Shown here piece after piece: positions 22,736 to 32,330 of a stretch of 64,000 nucleotides of DNA. The stretch is from the NCBI GenBank assembly GCA_021792095.1, contig JAJYVH010000001.1, positions 509,324 to 573,323 of the forward strand, read 5' to 3'. Position 1 is the stretch's first letter; each line of letters begins with the position of its first letter. Origin of the DNA: Candidatus Micrarchaeota archaeon. Its GTDB lineage: Archaea > Micrarchaeota > Micrarchaeia > Micrarchaeales > CABMGC01. The notes beneath the pieces were generated by a model. That model made no database searches. It was not told the origin of the DNA and was given only the letters and a program-made list of their open reading frames with translations. The translations under genes were made by a program, and so were the position numbers.

Positions 22736-25588
22736 TCACTCCAGCGCCAGATCGATGCTCGGCTTGAGCGGCACGGAGCGCCACGCGCGCTCGGACATCG
22801 CCGCGGCCTCCTTCTCCACCTTAACATCGCAGCCGAGCTGCTTCGCCATGTACCCGGCCGCATCCGAGAAGCCAACGAACTCCTCCTGCTGGGTCAGCCC
22901 GACCGGCTGCAGCTCGTTCATGCGCTTGGCTAGCATGGTAGCTATCCTCTCCGCGGTTTCCATGCTCACCCCCTCCTCGCCATTCACAGCGGCGAGCGCC
23001 CTGTCCACCCTCTTCTCCTTGGCTAGCGCATTGAGCAGCTTCCTCTTCCAGTCCTCGGCCACCATGAGCTTTATGCTCCTTGCCCTCTTGCCGCTCTTCT
23101 TCTCCATTAGCGCAATCACCTGCCTCGCGTCCTCGAGCATCCTCTCTATCGCCTCCTCTACGCTCTCCGCCTTCGCGTCCAGCATGTCCTTGTCTGCCTC
23201 CGGCCACTTCTCCAGCGACGCGAAGCTGTCGTTGCCCAGCGTGTGCCACATCTCCTCGGCTAAATGCGGGGCCATAGGCTGCAGCATGAGCGCCACGCTG
23301 GACAGGAAGTCCTTGACCACTATGCCGTTCCCGCCTCCCCTCGCGAAATACCTTTTGAGCTCCAGCACAGAATCGTAGAATATGGGTATGTACGCGTCGC
23401 GCAGCTCCAGCTTCTCCATCGCTGCCGTGGCCCTGCCTATCTTGCCGCTCAGCTTGGAGTAGAGCCAGTAGTCGATGCTCTTCAGCTCGCCGGAACCCAG
23501 CTTGTCCAGGTCAGTGGCAGCGTTGTACAGGTATTCGAGCCTTTCCTGTATGCCCCGCACCGCTGTGCCGCTGAAGTCAGCGTCGCTGTACAGGTCAGCG
23601 CCTGCTATCACATTCATCCTGGAAGGATCTGCGCCGTACTTTGCAAGCGCGTCAGACAGGGGCACTATGTTGCCCAGGCTCTTGCTCATCTTCTCGCCCT
23701 CGCTCATGACGAAGCCGTTGACCACTATCTGCTTCGGCCAGTACGCGCTGTCGAACACCGCCGTGTGGTTGTATATGTACATCACGAGGTGGTTGAATAT
23801 CAGGTCGGGCCCGGAGCCTCTAGACGTATCCCTGTACCAGTACTCGAACGATTCCCTGCATTTCTTGATAAGCGTATAGTCGATGCCCGTGGACGCAGCC
23901 ACCTTGTCCGCGTCGCCGATTCCCTTGAACACGAAGTCGAAGAACTCCGGCCTGAGCTTCTCCGGCGCCAGGTCCTTGACAAGGTTCGATATGGTGTAGA
24001 ACGACATGTAGATGGTGGAGTCGGACAGGCTCTCGATTATCTTCGTGCTGTCGAGAGGGAACCTGGTGCCCAGCCCCTGGGCCCTGGCGACAGCGCGCAT
24101 GTCTATCCAGTCCATAGCAGCGTCGAAGGCGTTCCTTGTCCTGTCCGGAAGCAGGTTGACCCGCTTTAGCGCTTCCTTCGACTCCTCCTTCCACGCCTTG
24201 TCCCCGTAGTTTATGAACCACTGGTCCTCCACCACCTTGACCACAACCTCGTAGCCGCACCTGCAGTACACGGGCGCGTTCTGGAGCGCGTATACGCTGA
24301 TGGCGTTTCCGTTAGCTGCGAGTTCTTTCTTCATCTTCTCCCTTGCCTCCGGTTCGCTCATGCCCTCGTAGCCCTTGGCGAGCATCCTGCCCCAGTGGCT
24401 CTCCTCCCTGTACTCCAGCTTTGTGGCGAACTCCAGCATGTCGTCTATAGCATCGACGTTAGTGTGCAGTATCTCCATGTATGCCAGGGCTGGCACGTCC
24501 ATCTGGCTGGGTTTCGCCTCCCCGACGCTGACGTCGCTCAGCGACCTTCCTACCTTCACATCCAGCACCTTTATGGGCTTGATCTCCTGCTGGAGCCTAC
24601 CTTCCTTCCTGAGCCGCTCCAGAGCGGCATAGTCGAAGGGTGCATGCGCCGGCACGCTCATCACGATGCCGGTACCCACGCCCTCTTTCACGAAGAAGCC
24701 CGGCAGCACCGGAAGCTTGCTGCCGTTCATCGGGTTGATGCACGTCTTAGCCAGCAGCCTGTCAGCACCTACCTCCTCAAGTATCTCTACCTTGGTTTGG
24801 TATTTCAGTATGCCGGCTGCGGCTTTGGATATGTAGTACTGCTTGCCGCCGTCCCCTATCCTGCACGCGACGTACTGCACCTTTTCGTTTACGAACATGT
24901 TTGTGACTCCGAAGAGCGTCTCCGGCCTGTAAGTGGTGCACAGCATATACGCGTCCTCGCCGTCCACCCTAAACAGCACCGCAGTCTCCTCCTCTATCTC
25001 CGGCTCTACGTCGTGCTTCGTGTCGTGCATCCCGACCGCGTTGTCCTCGTTCGGGCACCATCCTACCGGATGCCTGCCTTTGGTCAGGTACCCCTTGCTG
25101 TTGAGTATTGCGAACTGCCATTCGACCATCTTGCTGAATTGCGGGTCCGTGGACACGAAGCTCCGCCTTTGGTCCATGCTGAAGCCCGACCTGCCGTACA
25201 ACTGCCTGCTCTCGTTCGTGAAGTAGGCCGCTATGTACGCGGGCTCGGTCATCTTCTGTATCTCGACGTCGGGCACGTGGAACATCCTGAGTTCCTCCAC
25301 TATCTCCTTGTCCCCGCTCTTTATCCTCTTGGCGAACGCGAGCACCGGCGTGCCTGTAGCGTGGAAGCCCATGGGGTAGATGACGTTGAACCCTCGCATC
25401 CTCTTATATCTGGCGAGCACATCCGACGTGCCGAAAGCGCGCAAATGGCCTATGTGGAGCGGCGTGTTTACGTACGGCCAAGCGGCGGTGACCATGTAGG
25501 CCGGCTTGTCGCTGACATCGTTCTCGAATATCCTTGCGTCGGCCCAGGCCTTCTGCCACTTAGCCTCGATCTCGCTATAGTTTATCAT
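22736..25588 (-). CDS. leuS: Leucyl-tRNA synthetase (archaeal type)
   Basis: 950 aa with the HIGH-type motif PLHIGHLRAF and the KMSKS motif KMSKSLGN. Confidence 0.95.
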   Translation of the reverse strand: MINYSEIEAKWQKAWADARIFENDVSDKPAYMVTAAWPYVNTPLHIGHLRAFGTSDVLARYKRMRGFNVIYPMGFHATGTPVLAFAKRIKSGDKEIVEELRMFHVPDVEIQKMTEPAYIAAYFTNESRQLYGRSGFSMDQRRSFVSTDPQFSKMVEWQFAILNSKGYLTKGRHPVGWCPNEDNAVGMHDTKHDVEPEIEEETAVLFRVDGEDAYMLCTTYRPETLFGVTNMFVNEKVQYVACRIGDGGKQYYISKAAAGILKYQTKVEILEEVGADRLLAKTCINPMNGSKLPVLPGFFVKEGVGTGIVMSVPAHAPFDYAALERLRKEGRLQQEIKPIKVLDVKVGRSLSDVSVGEAKPSQMDVPALAYMEILHTNVDAIDDMLEFATKLEYREESHWGRMLAKGYEGMSEPEAREKMKKELAANGNAISVYALQNAPVYCRCGYEVVVKVVEDQWFINYGDKAWKEESKEALKRVNLLPDRTRNAFDAAMDWIDMRAVARAQGLGTRFPLDSTKIIESLSDSTIYMSFYTISNLVKDLAPEKLRPEFFDFVFKGIGDADKVAASTGIDYTLIKKCRESFEYWYRDTSRGSGPDLIFNHLVMYIYNHTAVFDSAYWPKQIVVNGFVMSEGEKMSKSLGNIVPLSDALAKYGADPSRMNVIAGADLYSDADFSGTAVRGIQERLEYLYNAATDLDKLGSGELKSIDYWLYSKLSGKIGRATAAMEKLELRDAYIPIFYDSVLELKRYFARGGGNGIVVKDFLSSVALMLQPMAPHLAEEMWHTLGNDSFASLEKWPEADKDMLDAKAESVEEAIERMLEDARQVIALMEKKSGKRARSIKLMVAEDWKRKLLNALAKEKRVDRALAAVNGEEGVSMETAERIATMLAKRMNELQPVGLTQQEEFVGFSDAAGYMAKQLGCDVKVEKEAAAMSERAWRSVPLKPSIDLALE

Positions 25589-25641
25589 GCAGATCAGACG
25601 AGCGATGCCTATTCTCAGGTAATATTAATAGCGCTATTGTT

Positions 25642-25682
25642 TGCTGCCGGGCTCCTGCCCGTGCAAACCTTCCCGGGCAGCA
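25642..25682. promoter_or_regulatory. Inverted repeat TGCTGCCGGG-N20-CCCGGGCAGCA upstream of a TTTATATA box (candidate PadR operator/promoter)
   Basis: A 10/11-matched inverted repeat, with ctttatatattt at 25685-25696 about 25 nt before ATG 25717. Confidence 0.25.
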
Positions 25683-25716
25683 AGCTTTATATATTTGGTC
25701 TAATTTTAAACTATGC

Positions 25717-26097
25717 ATGGAGGATTGCCCAGAGCATGCGCTGCCCTTCAAGGATTTCGGCACCATGGGCGAGAGCATGCTGAAGAACGTGCACTCCATA
25801 ATAGTGCTTGTGCACATAGACGCGAAGAGCACATACCCGTACGCGCTGCTGAAGAGGTTCAGGGCGAGCAGGCACCCCATGGTGAGCAGCATAGATAAAA
25901 GCGAGCTCTACAACATACTCAACTCGCTGGAGCGCAAGGGCTACGTGAGGAGCAGGATGGTGCGCGCCGGAAAGAAGCCCCAGAGGGTATATGTGGTCAC
26001 GCCCAGGGGCGACGTCCTGGCCAAGAAGTTCAGGAGGACTTTCTTCAGGTTTGCGATCAAGATGTCCGACATGATGAAGGGTGCGTTCACTGAGTGA
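25717..26097 (+). CDS. PadR-family transcriptional regulator
   Basis: YPYALLKRF...SELYNILNSLERKGYVRSRM...RVYVVTPRGD. Confidence 0.75.
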   Translation: MEDCPEHALPFKDFGTMGESMLKNVHSIIVLVHIDAKSTYPYALLKRFRASRHPMVSSIDKSELYNILNSLERKGYVRSRMVRAGKKPQRVYVVTPRGDVLAKKFRRTFFRFAIKMSDMMKGAFTE

Positions 26098-27088
26098 TTA
26101 CGCCATAGAGATAGAGGGCCTCGTGAAGAAGTTCGGGGACTTCACGGCAGTCAACGGGGTGAGCCTCGGCATAAAGAGAGGCGAGATCTTCGGGCTGCTG
26201 GGCCCGAACGGGGCGGGAAAGAGCACCACCATAAACATGCTTCTCGGGCTCCTGGCTCCCACAGCTGGCAGGATACACATAAACGGCGTGGACATGCTTA
26301 GGGAACCGGAGAAGGCGAAGGGCCAGATAGGGATAGTGACCCAGGAGACCGTGGTGGAGCCAGACCTAACCGCGGAGGACAACCTTATGGTGTTCGGCAG
26401 GCTCTACCAGATCCCTGCCGACGAGCTGCAGAAGGACATAGAGTTCGCGCTGGACCTTTCGGACCTGAAGGGTTTCAGGAAATCATACGCCGGGACCTTC
26501 TCTGGCGGCATGAAGCGCAGGCTCGAGACGGCCAAGGCGCTGATGCACGCGCCCAAGATACTCCTGCTGGACGAGCCCACCACTGGCCTTGACGTCCAGA
26601 ACAGGTCGCAGATATGGGAGCTGCTCAGGAAGATAAACAAGGAGCAGGACGTGACCATACTCATGACAACGCAGTACCTGGAGGAGGCGGACCAGCTCTG
26701 CAACAGGATAGGCATAATAGACCACGGCAAGCTCATCGCGCTGGGCACCCCGGCCGAGCTCAGGCAGAAGATAGGGATGAGCACGGTGCTGGAGGTGGAG
26801 GCGGAGAGGGAGTCCCTGCCGAAGGTGGAGCAGATATTCAGGAGGCTGGGCATGGAGCCGAAGACTTCGGGCAACAAGGTGATCGCTCCGGCAGGCGCCA
26901 AGCCTGTTGAGAGGGTAGAGAAGGTGCTCAGGCTGCTTTCATCCGGAGGGATAGAGGTGCGCAACGTGAGCATGCACGAGCCAACCATAGACGACGTCTT
27001 CCTGAAGCTGACAGGAACGGCGGTGCGCGACCAGACCGGAGACTACCAGGGCGGGAGGCAGGGCCTGATGATGAGAAGGGGCAGATGA
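26081..27088 (+). CDS. ABC transporter ATP-binding protein (ABC-2/DrrA type)
   Basis: Walker A is GPNGAGKST, the signature is FSGGMKRR and Walker B is ILLLDEPT. Confidence 0.9.
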   Translation: MRSLSDYAIEIEGLVKKFGDFTAVNGVSLGIKRGEIFGLLGPNGAGKSTTINMLLGLLAPTAGRIHINGVDMLREPEKAKGQIGIVTQETVVEPDLTAEDNLMVFGRLYQIPADELQKDIEFALDLSDLKGFRKSYAGTFSGGMKRRLETAKALMHAPKILLLDEPTTGLDVQNRSQIWELLRKINKEQDVTILMTTQYLEEADQLCNRIGIIDHGKLIALGTPAELRQKIGMSTVLEVEAERESLPKVEQIFRRLGMEPKTSGNKVIAPAGAKPVERVEKVLRLLSSGGIEVRNVSMHEPTIDDVFLKLTGTAVRDQTGDYQGGRQGLMMRRGR

Positions 27089-27094
27089 GAAGGG

Positions 27095-28240
27095 GTGGAT
27101 GGAATGGGGCTGCTGAACGACACGTACACTCTTTTCCTCAGGGACATACTCATATTCAGGAAGAACTTGGGGGTAAACATAGTCAGGTCGCTCATATTCC
27201 CGCTAATATTCATAATACTGCTCGGCGCGTTCGGCAGCACGCCAAAGAACGTGCCCATCGCAGTGGTGAATTACGACAACGGGCCCCTTGCGCTGCAGTT
27301 CATAAACATGCTCCAGTCGGGGAACAGCCTGCAGGTGGCGAGCGTGACCACGCAGCAGGAGGCCATGTCGATGCTCGCCAAGGGCAGCGTAGCCGCCGTG
27401 GTCGTGGTGCCCCAGGGCTTCTCGGGGGCGCAGCTCCCCAAGCCGGACGTGTACGTGTACCTTGACAACTCCCAGCCGCAGTCTGCGACTATAGCCGCAG
27501 AGGTTGTGGACCAGGCTGCCGCGCAGCTGGGATCTCAGGCTTCTTCCGGAGCCGTGTCCGGCTCGACCACGCTCTCCGACCCAGTGCCCGTTATCACCAA
27601 CTACGCGTATGGCGCTTCGAGCAACTACGAGAGCTTCGTGGTCGGCGGCCTGGTGATAATGGTTGCCGCTTTCGGCTCTGTGTTCAGCTCAGGCTTCACT
27701 GTCATAAGCGACAGGGAGCTCGGCAACCTGAAGGCGTTCCTCACCACGCCAATAAACAAGTTCTCCATACTGCTCAGCAAGATAGGCTACGGCACTGTGC
27801 AGTCCCTGTTCAGCGCGTACATAGGCCTTGTCATAGGCCTGCTGCTCGGCGCGACAATAGCCGCTGGCGCAATCGGCCTGCTCGAGCTCATATGGATAGT
27901 GTTCCTTGTCGGCCTGGGCTTCGGCTCGCTGTCCATAGCGCTGGCTGTCAGGACGAAGCAGCTCCAGACATACGCGCTCGTGGCCCAGACGATAGTCATG
28001 CCAGCCGCGTTCCTCGGCGGCGCTTTCGTGCCCACTACGCTTCTCCCAAAGGTGCTCCAGTCAGTGGCCGTAGTTAACCCGCTTACGTACGCTGTGAACG
28101 CCGTCAGGGACATAATGATAAAAGGCTCCCTGCCCCTGAGCGACCTGGTGCTGGACAGCGCAGTGCTGCTTGTGTTCGCGGGCGCGATGGTGGCCTTGGC
28201 GTTCGTGCTCTTCAGGAATACGAGCGAGCAGCTGTCTTGA
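27095..28240 (+). CDS. ABC-2 type transporter permease
   Basis: An N-terminal TM helix, a large external loop and five C-terminal TM helices, directly after the ATPase. Confidence 0.8.
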   Translation: MDGMGLLNDTYTLFLRDILIFRKNLGVNIVRSLIFPLIFIILLGAFGSTPKNVPIAVVNYDNGPLALQFINMLQSGNSLQVASVTTQQEAMSMLAKGSVAAVVVVPQGFSGAQLPKPDVYVYLDNSQPQSATIAAEVVDQAAAQLGSQASSGAVSGSTTLSDPVPVITNYAYGASSNYESFVVGGLVIMVAAFGSVFSSGFTVISDRELGNLKAFLTTPINKFSILLSKIGYGTVQSLFSAYIGLVIGLLLGATIAAGAIGLLELIWIVFLVGLGFGSLSIALAVRTKQLQTYALVAQTIVMPAAFLGGAFVPTTLLPKVLQSVAVVNPLTYAVNAVRDIMIKGSLPLSDLVLDSAVLLVFAGAMVALAFVLFRNTSEQLS

Positions 28241-28274
28241 TGTTGTTATGCTATATAGCGAAAATGGTGAAAAG

Positions 28275-29486
28275 ATGAGAACAAGTGTCTTCTTGGTGCT
28301 TGCCGCCTTGTTTGCGGCAAGCGGGATGGTTGGCGCACAGTACACTGGCGCGCTCACGCTGGCGAACGTGTCCATATCGCCGAACCCGGTTGTGGCAGGC
28401 GGCAACGCCACCATAACGTTCAGGCTCTACAACTCCTACGGCATGTTCCTGGACAACGTGAACCTGCAGCCTGCGAGCAGTTACCCTATAGTGAACGTGT
28501 CCCCTGCGGGCAGCAGGGTGGTCAGCACGCTCAACGGCGGCCTTAGCGGCAACTACTTCACGTACACGTTCTTGATACCGAACACGACGCCCTCTGGCAC
28601 ATACACGATAGACTTCGATGCAACATACCTGGCGTTCGGCGCTTCCGCGTCGGTGGCGACCTCCACTATGCCCGTGAGTTTTCGCGTGCAGAACAGGCCG
28701 GCGATAAGTGTGGTCGCGTCGAGCCCGCAGCCCTCGGTGCTCTACTCGGGCCACAACCAAACGATAGAGCTCGCGATAGAGAATACGGGCTACGGGACTG
28801 CGAGGAACGTGACAGTCTCGGTGGCGGCGGGGCAGCAGCTCAACGTGCTGAGCTCGGTGAGCACTTTCTTCATCTCCAACCTTACCATGGGCTCCGTGGT
28901 GGACGAGCCGCTGCTGATATCGGCGAAGAGCCTCGGCAGCGGAAGCCTGGAGGTGAACACGAGCTACTACTCGTCGAACTTCGGGCAGAGGTTCTCCGGT
29001 TCGCAGTCGGTAGGCATTTCGGTGGCGCCTTCGGCGCAGTTCAACTACACGTACCTCGGAGGCAACCTAGGCATAGGCAGCTCCGATGTCCCTGTGAGCT
29101 TCAGGATAACCAACACGGGCACCGCTGCGGCGCAGGAGCTGCAGCTGAGCCTGCAGACCGCGTATCCGGTCACGCCGGTGGCCAGCACCGCCTATGTGGG
29201 CAGCCTGGCCGCAGGGGCTTCGGCTAACGTGACCTTCCTGGTGAGCATAGACTCGGCAGGCGTGAGCGGCAACTACCCGGTAACGATCTACGAGCAGTGG
29301 AAGCAGGCGAACGGGGCAGCGGACCAGCAATTCACTGCTAACAACAACTTCTTCGTTACGGTAGGCAGCCAACCCAGCGCGCTGACCCTGGCCATAGAGA
29401 TAGTTGTGGTGGTGGTTGTGCTGGCCGTGATCGCGTACAGGCTGCTGCCGCGCTTGGCCAAGAGGCAGGCGAAGAAGAAGCAGTGA
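28275..29486 (+). CDS. Exported CARDB/S-layer-like repeat protein with a C-terminal TM anchor
   Basis: ATG 28275 follows GGTGA. Signal peptide MRTSVFLVLAALFAASGMVGA, repeated beta-rich modules (VxxTxxNxG), and the tail IVVVVVVLAVIAYRLLPRLAKRQAKKKQ. Confidence 0.65.
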   Translation: MRTSVFLVLAALFAASGMVGAQYTGALTLANVSISPNPVVAGGNATITFRLYNSYGMFLDNVNLQPASSYPIVNVSPAGSRVVSTLNGGLSGNYFTYTFLIPNTTPSGTYTIDFDATYLAFGASASVATSTMPVSFRVQNRPAISVVASSPQPSVLYSGHNQTIELAIENTGYGTARNVTVSVAAGQQLNVLSSVSTFFISNLTMGSVVDEPLLISAKSLGSGSLEVNTSYYSSNFGQRFSGSQSVGISVAPSAQFNYTYLGGNLGIGSSDVPVSFRITNTGTAAAQELQLSLQTAYPVTPVASTAYVGSLAAGASANVTFLVSIDSAGVSGNYPVTIYEQWKQANGAADQQFTANNNFFVTVGSQPSALTLAIEIVVVVVVLAVIAYRLLPRLAKRQAKKKQ

Positions 29487-29624
29487 CGCGTGCGTATGCC
29501 CCTGGCATGTCGGCACCGGCAGGGCCGATGGCGCCTAGCTCGCATCTTGGCCGCCAACGCCGCTCGGAGGCGGCCTGCGTGCTAGGGCGAGCAAAGGTGG
29601 CTGCGCTACTTTATTAAATGGCGT

Positions 29625-30422
29625 GTGTTAGCACTAACCAGAGATGGTTGGATGGTTTTGCAAGTAGTCAGCACAGTGAAGGACAGCTACTCCACGCTTT
29701 TCCGCAACAGGACAGTGCTGGCGTACGTTGTCATAATCGCCATAGTGTCCTCTATCCTGGTCGGCTCGATAACTTCCTTGACCGGAGTGAGCCCAGGCGT
29801 GGCCTCGGCTTCCTCCCTCGCGGCAGCGTACTCCAATATTGCGCTCCTGGCAGCGGTGGCGGTTATAAGCTTCCTTGTCTCTGTGTTCCTCGCCGGCGCC
29901 GTGCTCACTGCCGCGCAGGCAGGCTGGAAGGGCGGCCTTGCTGATGCGGCCAGGAATTCCCTGTCCAGGTACCTGTCGGTACTCGGGGCTGACCTGCTCG
30001 GCGCAGTGATAATAGCCGTCCCGTTCGTAGCTTTCTACCTGTTCGGGCTGCTGGTCGTGCTCTCTTCTGTTTCGCTGGTGAGCCTCATACCGTTCGCCTT
30101 CGGCATCCTGCTTATCCTGATAGGCGTCATCCTGCTGGCGCTGTTCGGAGTAAGGTTCAGCATCTCCATGGTGGGCGCAATCAACGGCAACATGCGCGCA
30201 GTGCAGTCTGTCAAGCACAGCTGGCACGTCACCAAGGGTAACTACTGGCGCATCCTCGCAGTGTTTCTGGTGATAGGCATAATCATGCTGGTCGTGGGCG
30301 ACGGGCTTGTTATCGCCCTGGGCCAATTTGGCCTTTCGGTGATAGGCTACTTCGTGCTTGCGCTCCTTAGCGGTGCGGGCAGCGTGGCCATAGTGCGCAT
30401 CTACGAGGCGCTGCCCGGCTGA
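29625..30422 (+). CDS. Polytopic membrane protein, unknown function
   Basis: 265 aa with 6 or more hydrophobic helices. GTG start. Confidence 0.5.
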   Translation: MLALTRDGWMVLQVVSTVKDSYSTLFRNRTVLAYVVIIAIVSSILVGSITSLTGVSPGVASASSLAAAYSNIALLAAVAVISFLVSVFLAGAVLTAAQAGWKGGLADAARNSLSRYLSVLGADLLGAVIIAVPFVAFYLFGLLVVLSSVSLVSLIPFAFGILLILIGVILLALFGVRFSISMVGAINGNMRAVQSVKHSWHVTKGNYWRILAVFLVIGIIMLVVGDGLVIALGQFGLSVIGYFVLALLSGAGSVAIVRIYEALPG

Positions 30423-30478
30423 CCTGAGGCATGACGTGCGGTTTTTTAACCTGCGCATGACAAATAGCAGTGGTAACA

Positions 30479-30631
30479 ATGGCGTTGTACACACCGCAGC
30501 AGCAGGCAGGCATACTCAGCTTCTATGACGCTCCGGAGCGCGGGCCTAAGATAAGCGCCAAGACGCTGCTCGTTATAGTGGCTGTTTTCGCCGTTCTTGT
30601 GATAGTGCTGGACCACCTGGCAACGATCTGA
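30479..30631 (+). CDS. secG: Preprotein translocase subunit SecG (Sec61-beta homolog)
   Basis: MALYTPQQQAGILSFYDAPERGPKISAKTLLVIVAVFAVLVIVLDHLATI has the AG(I/L)xxYxD motif plus a single C-terminal TM. At 50 aa it is missed by the track. Confidence 0.75.
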   Translation: MALYTPQQQAGILSFYDAPERGPKISAKTLLVIVAVFAVLVIVLDHLATI

Positions 30632-30775
30632 ACGGTTGGCGCGCTCTCTGGCAGCAGTATAGTGACCTCGAGTCAAAAGGCATCACGATAAACGAGCCAC
30701 ATGCGTTTATTGCTGCCATTCGGCTTCTTCCGAAGTTCTGCTTGGAAATATGCAGGAACTTCATGCAACTGCTTA

Positions 30776-31351
30776 TCAGACGATCTTATCAAGGAACGCT
30801 TTTACGAGCCTGTAGTCTTCTTCGGCCTCCCCCTTGCAGATGTCGAGCGTCACCAAAGCATGCTTCTCTTCGAGTTTCTGTCTAAGGATTCCAATAGACT
30901 GATCGAAACTCCAGTCTTTTGCATGATAAAACAGAGAAATCATTGCTCCTGTGGGATCCAGGAACCTAAAGTTGTCTGCGTTCTTGACGATTTCGCTCTC
31001 TATGCACGTGTGGGGAACTTCGCCATGGTGGGCGGCTATGCAGTTCAGTATCTTTTCCTTTGTCTTAGAATCCGTGTTGAGTTTGTCCAAGAAAGGCCCT
31101 GCAATCTCTACGCCCATCTTGACGTGTTCTTTTTGTTTTCCTTCTTTCAGGGCCCTGCCCAACTCAATGTCCATCAAATAGCAGCCTGCTATGACTATAC
31201 TCTCGTCCGCGTGCAGTTTCTTAGCCAACTCTTGGCCCTTCTTGACTACAAACTCGGTATGGGGAAATGGCGGAGCGCCATACTCTTCAGCCATCTGTTT
31301 GCAAAAATTCCTGGCTTCTTCCACCAAACCCATGCATTCATCTTTTCTCAT
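30776..31351 (-). CDS. HD-domain phosphohydrolase
   Basis: HTEFV...CYLMDIE...IAAHHGE...KNADNF gives the HD residues. AT-richer than its neighbours. Confidence 0.7.
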   Translation of the reverse strand: MRKDECMGLVEEARNFCKQMAEEYGAPPFPHTEFVVKKGQELAKKLHADESIVIAGCYLMDIELGRALKEGKQKEHVKMGVEIAGPFLDKLNTDSKTKEKILNCIAAHHGEVPHTCIESEIVKNADNFRFLDPTGAMISLFYHAKDWSFDQSIGILRQKLEEKHALVTLDICKGEAEEDYRLVKAFLDKIV

Positions 31352-32217
31352 ATCAGCGTAAACACGTCCTTCCTCCTCTCGCTGACATCCCCCTGCTCGC
31401 TCAGCAGGTAGAGCATGGCCCTCACTCCGTCCTCGTCTAGCCCTGCGCTCTTCGCCACGTCCTCCACCTTGCTCGGCCCCTGCTTCAGCTCCTTTATCAC
31501 CTTGCCGCTGTTCTTATCGAAGAAGCTGCGCAGCACTATGTAGAACTTCTTGTTGAACGCGCGTATGCCGAGCACCTTGCCCGACCTTATGCTGTCCTCG
31601 AGCACCGCCGACAGGCTCATCGCCTCTGGCTGCGTCTGCAGCACCACGAAGCCCTCCTTCTCGAGCCTCTCTATGTTCTCGTTCTCGACCTTCACGGGCA
31701 GCAGCGGCGCCTCCGCAACCGGCGCTTCCTCGCTGCCTGCTTCCGGCATCTTTGGCTTCTGCTGCTCCTGCCTGGCCCGCGTGCCCATCAGGAACTTCTC
31801 GTACACGCCCCTGTCTATGCTGTACGCGCCCTTGAATATCCAGACGACGCGCTTGCCCATGAGCCCCTCCAGTATCCTCTTTTCCTGCTCGCTGAGGATG
31901 CCCCCGACTTTGGCCGCTGTCCTGTCAGCGTACCTGAGCGTGTCGAGCTTCCTCAGCACCTTTATCTCGGGCAGCGTAAGGTTGGCTATGCTGTTCCTGC
32001 TCGCCCCGGGGCTCATCGCCCACGTTCCGGCGCCCGTGCCCTTCCTGGTGTTGCTAAGCAGCATCTCCGATATGTCGCCCTTCTTCGCGAATATGAACGC
32101 CTTGTTGTTGAGCCTGAAGAAGTCCACCTCGTCGTCCCCCTTCAGGTCGAGCTGCTTCGTTACCTCGAAAGGGAGGTAGACTATGAGCTTGTTGCCCTTG
32201 GAGCTGTAAATCTTCAT
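31348..32217 (-). CDS. Hypothetical protein with an AbrB-like N-terminus and a wHTH-like C-terminus
   Basis: The N-terminus is KLIVYLPFEVTKQLDLKGDDEVDF. The C-terminus is VEDVAKSAGLDEDGVRAMLYLLSEQGDV. Its stop overlaps the HD gene start. Confidence 0.45.
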   Translation of the reverse strand: MKIYSSKGNKLIVYLPFEVTKQLDLKGDDEVDFFRLNNKAFIFAKKGDISEMLLSNTRKGTGAGTWAMSPGASRNSIANLTLPEIKVLRKLDTLRYADRTAAKVGGILSEQEKRILEGLMGKRVVWIFKGAYSIDRGVYEKFLMGTRARQEQQKPKMPEAGSEEAPVAEAPLLPVKVENENIERLEKEGFVVLQTQPEAMSLSAVLEDSIRSGKVLGIRAFNKKFYIVLRSFFDKNSGKVIKELKQGPSKVEDVAKSAGLDEDGVRAMLYLLSEQGDVSERRKDVFTLI

Positions 32218-32330
32218 CGAATGCCCCTTGCGTATGTGTTGTATGTATGTAATGCAAGGAATAAAAGAGGTGCGTTGGAGCGGCCTGGCGCAAACAGCAC
32301 GCCTTTAATTCTGCGCGTCCAATATCGTAC

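Noticed and set aside
24395-25783. 462-aa + strand ORF and other long ORFs antisense to leuS (for example 23264..24169)
   Set aside because: These are typical GC-rich antisense shadows. They are Arg/His/Val-rich with low complexity and lie fully inside a confidently identified synthetase gene.
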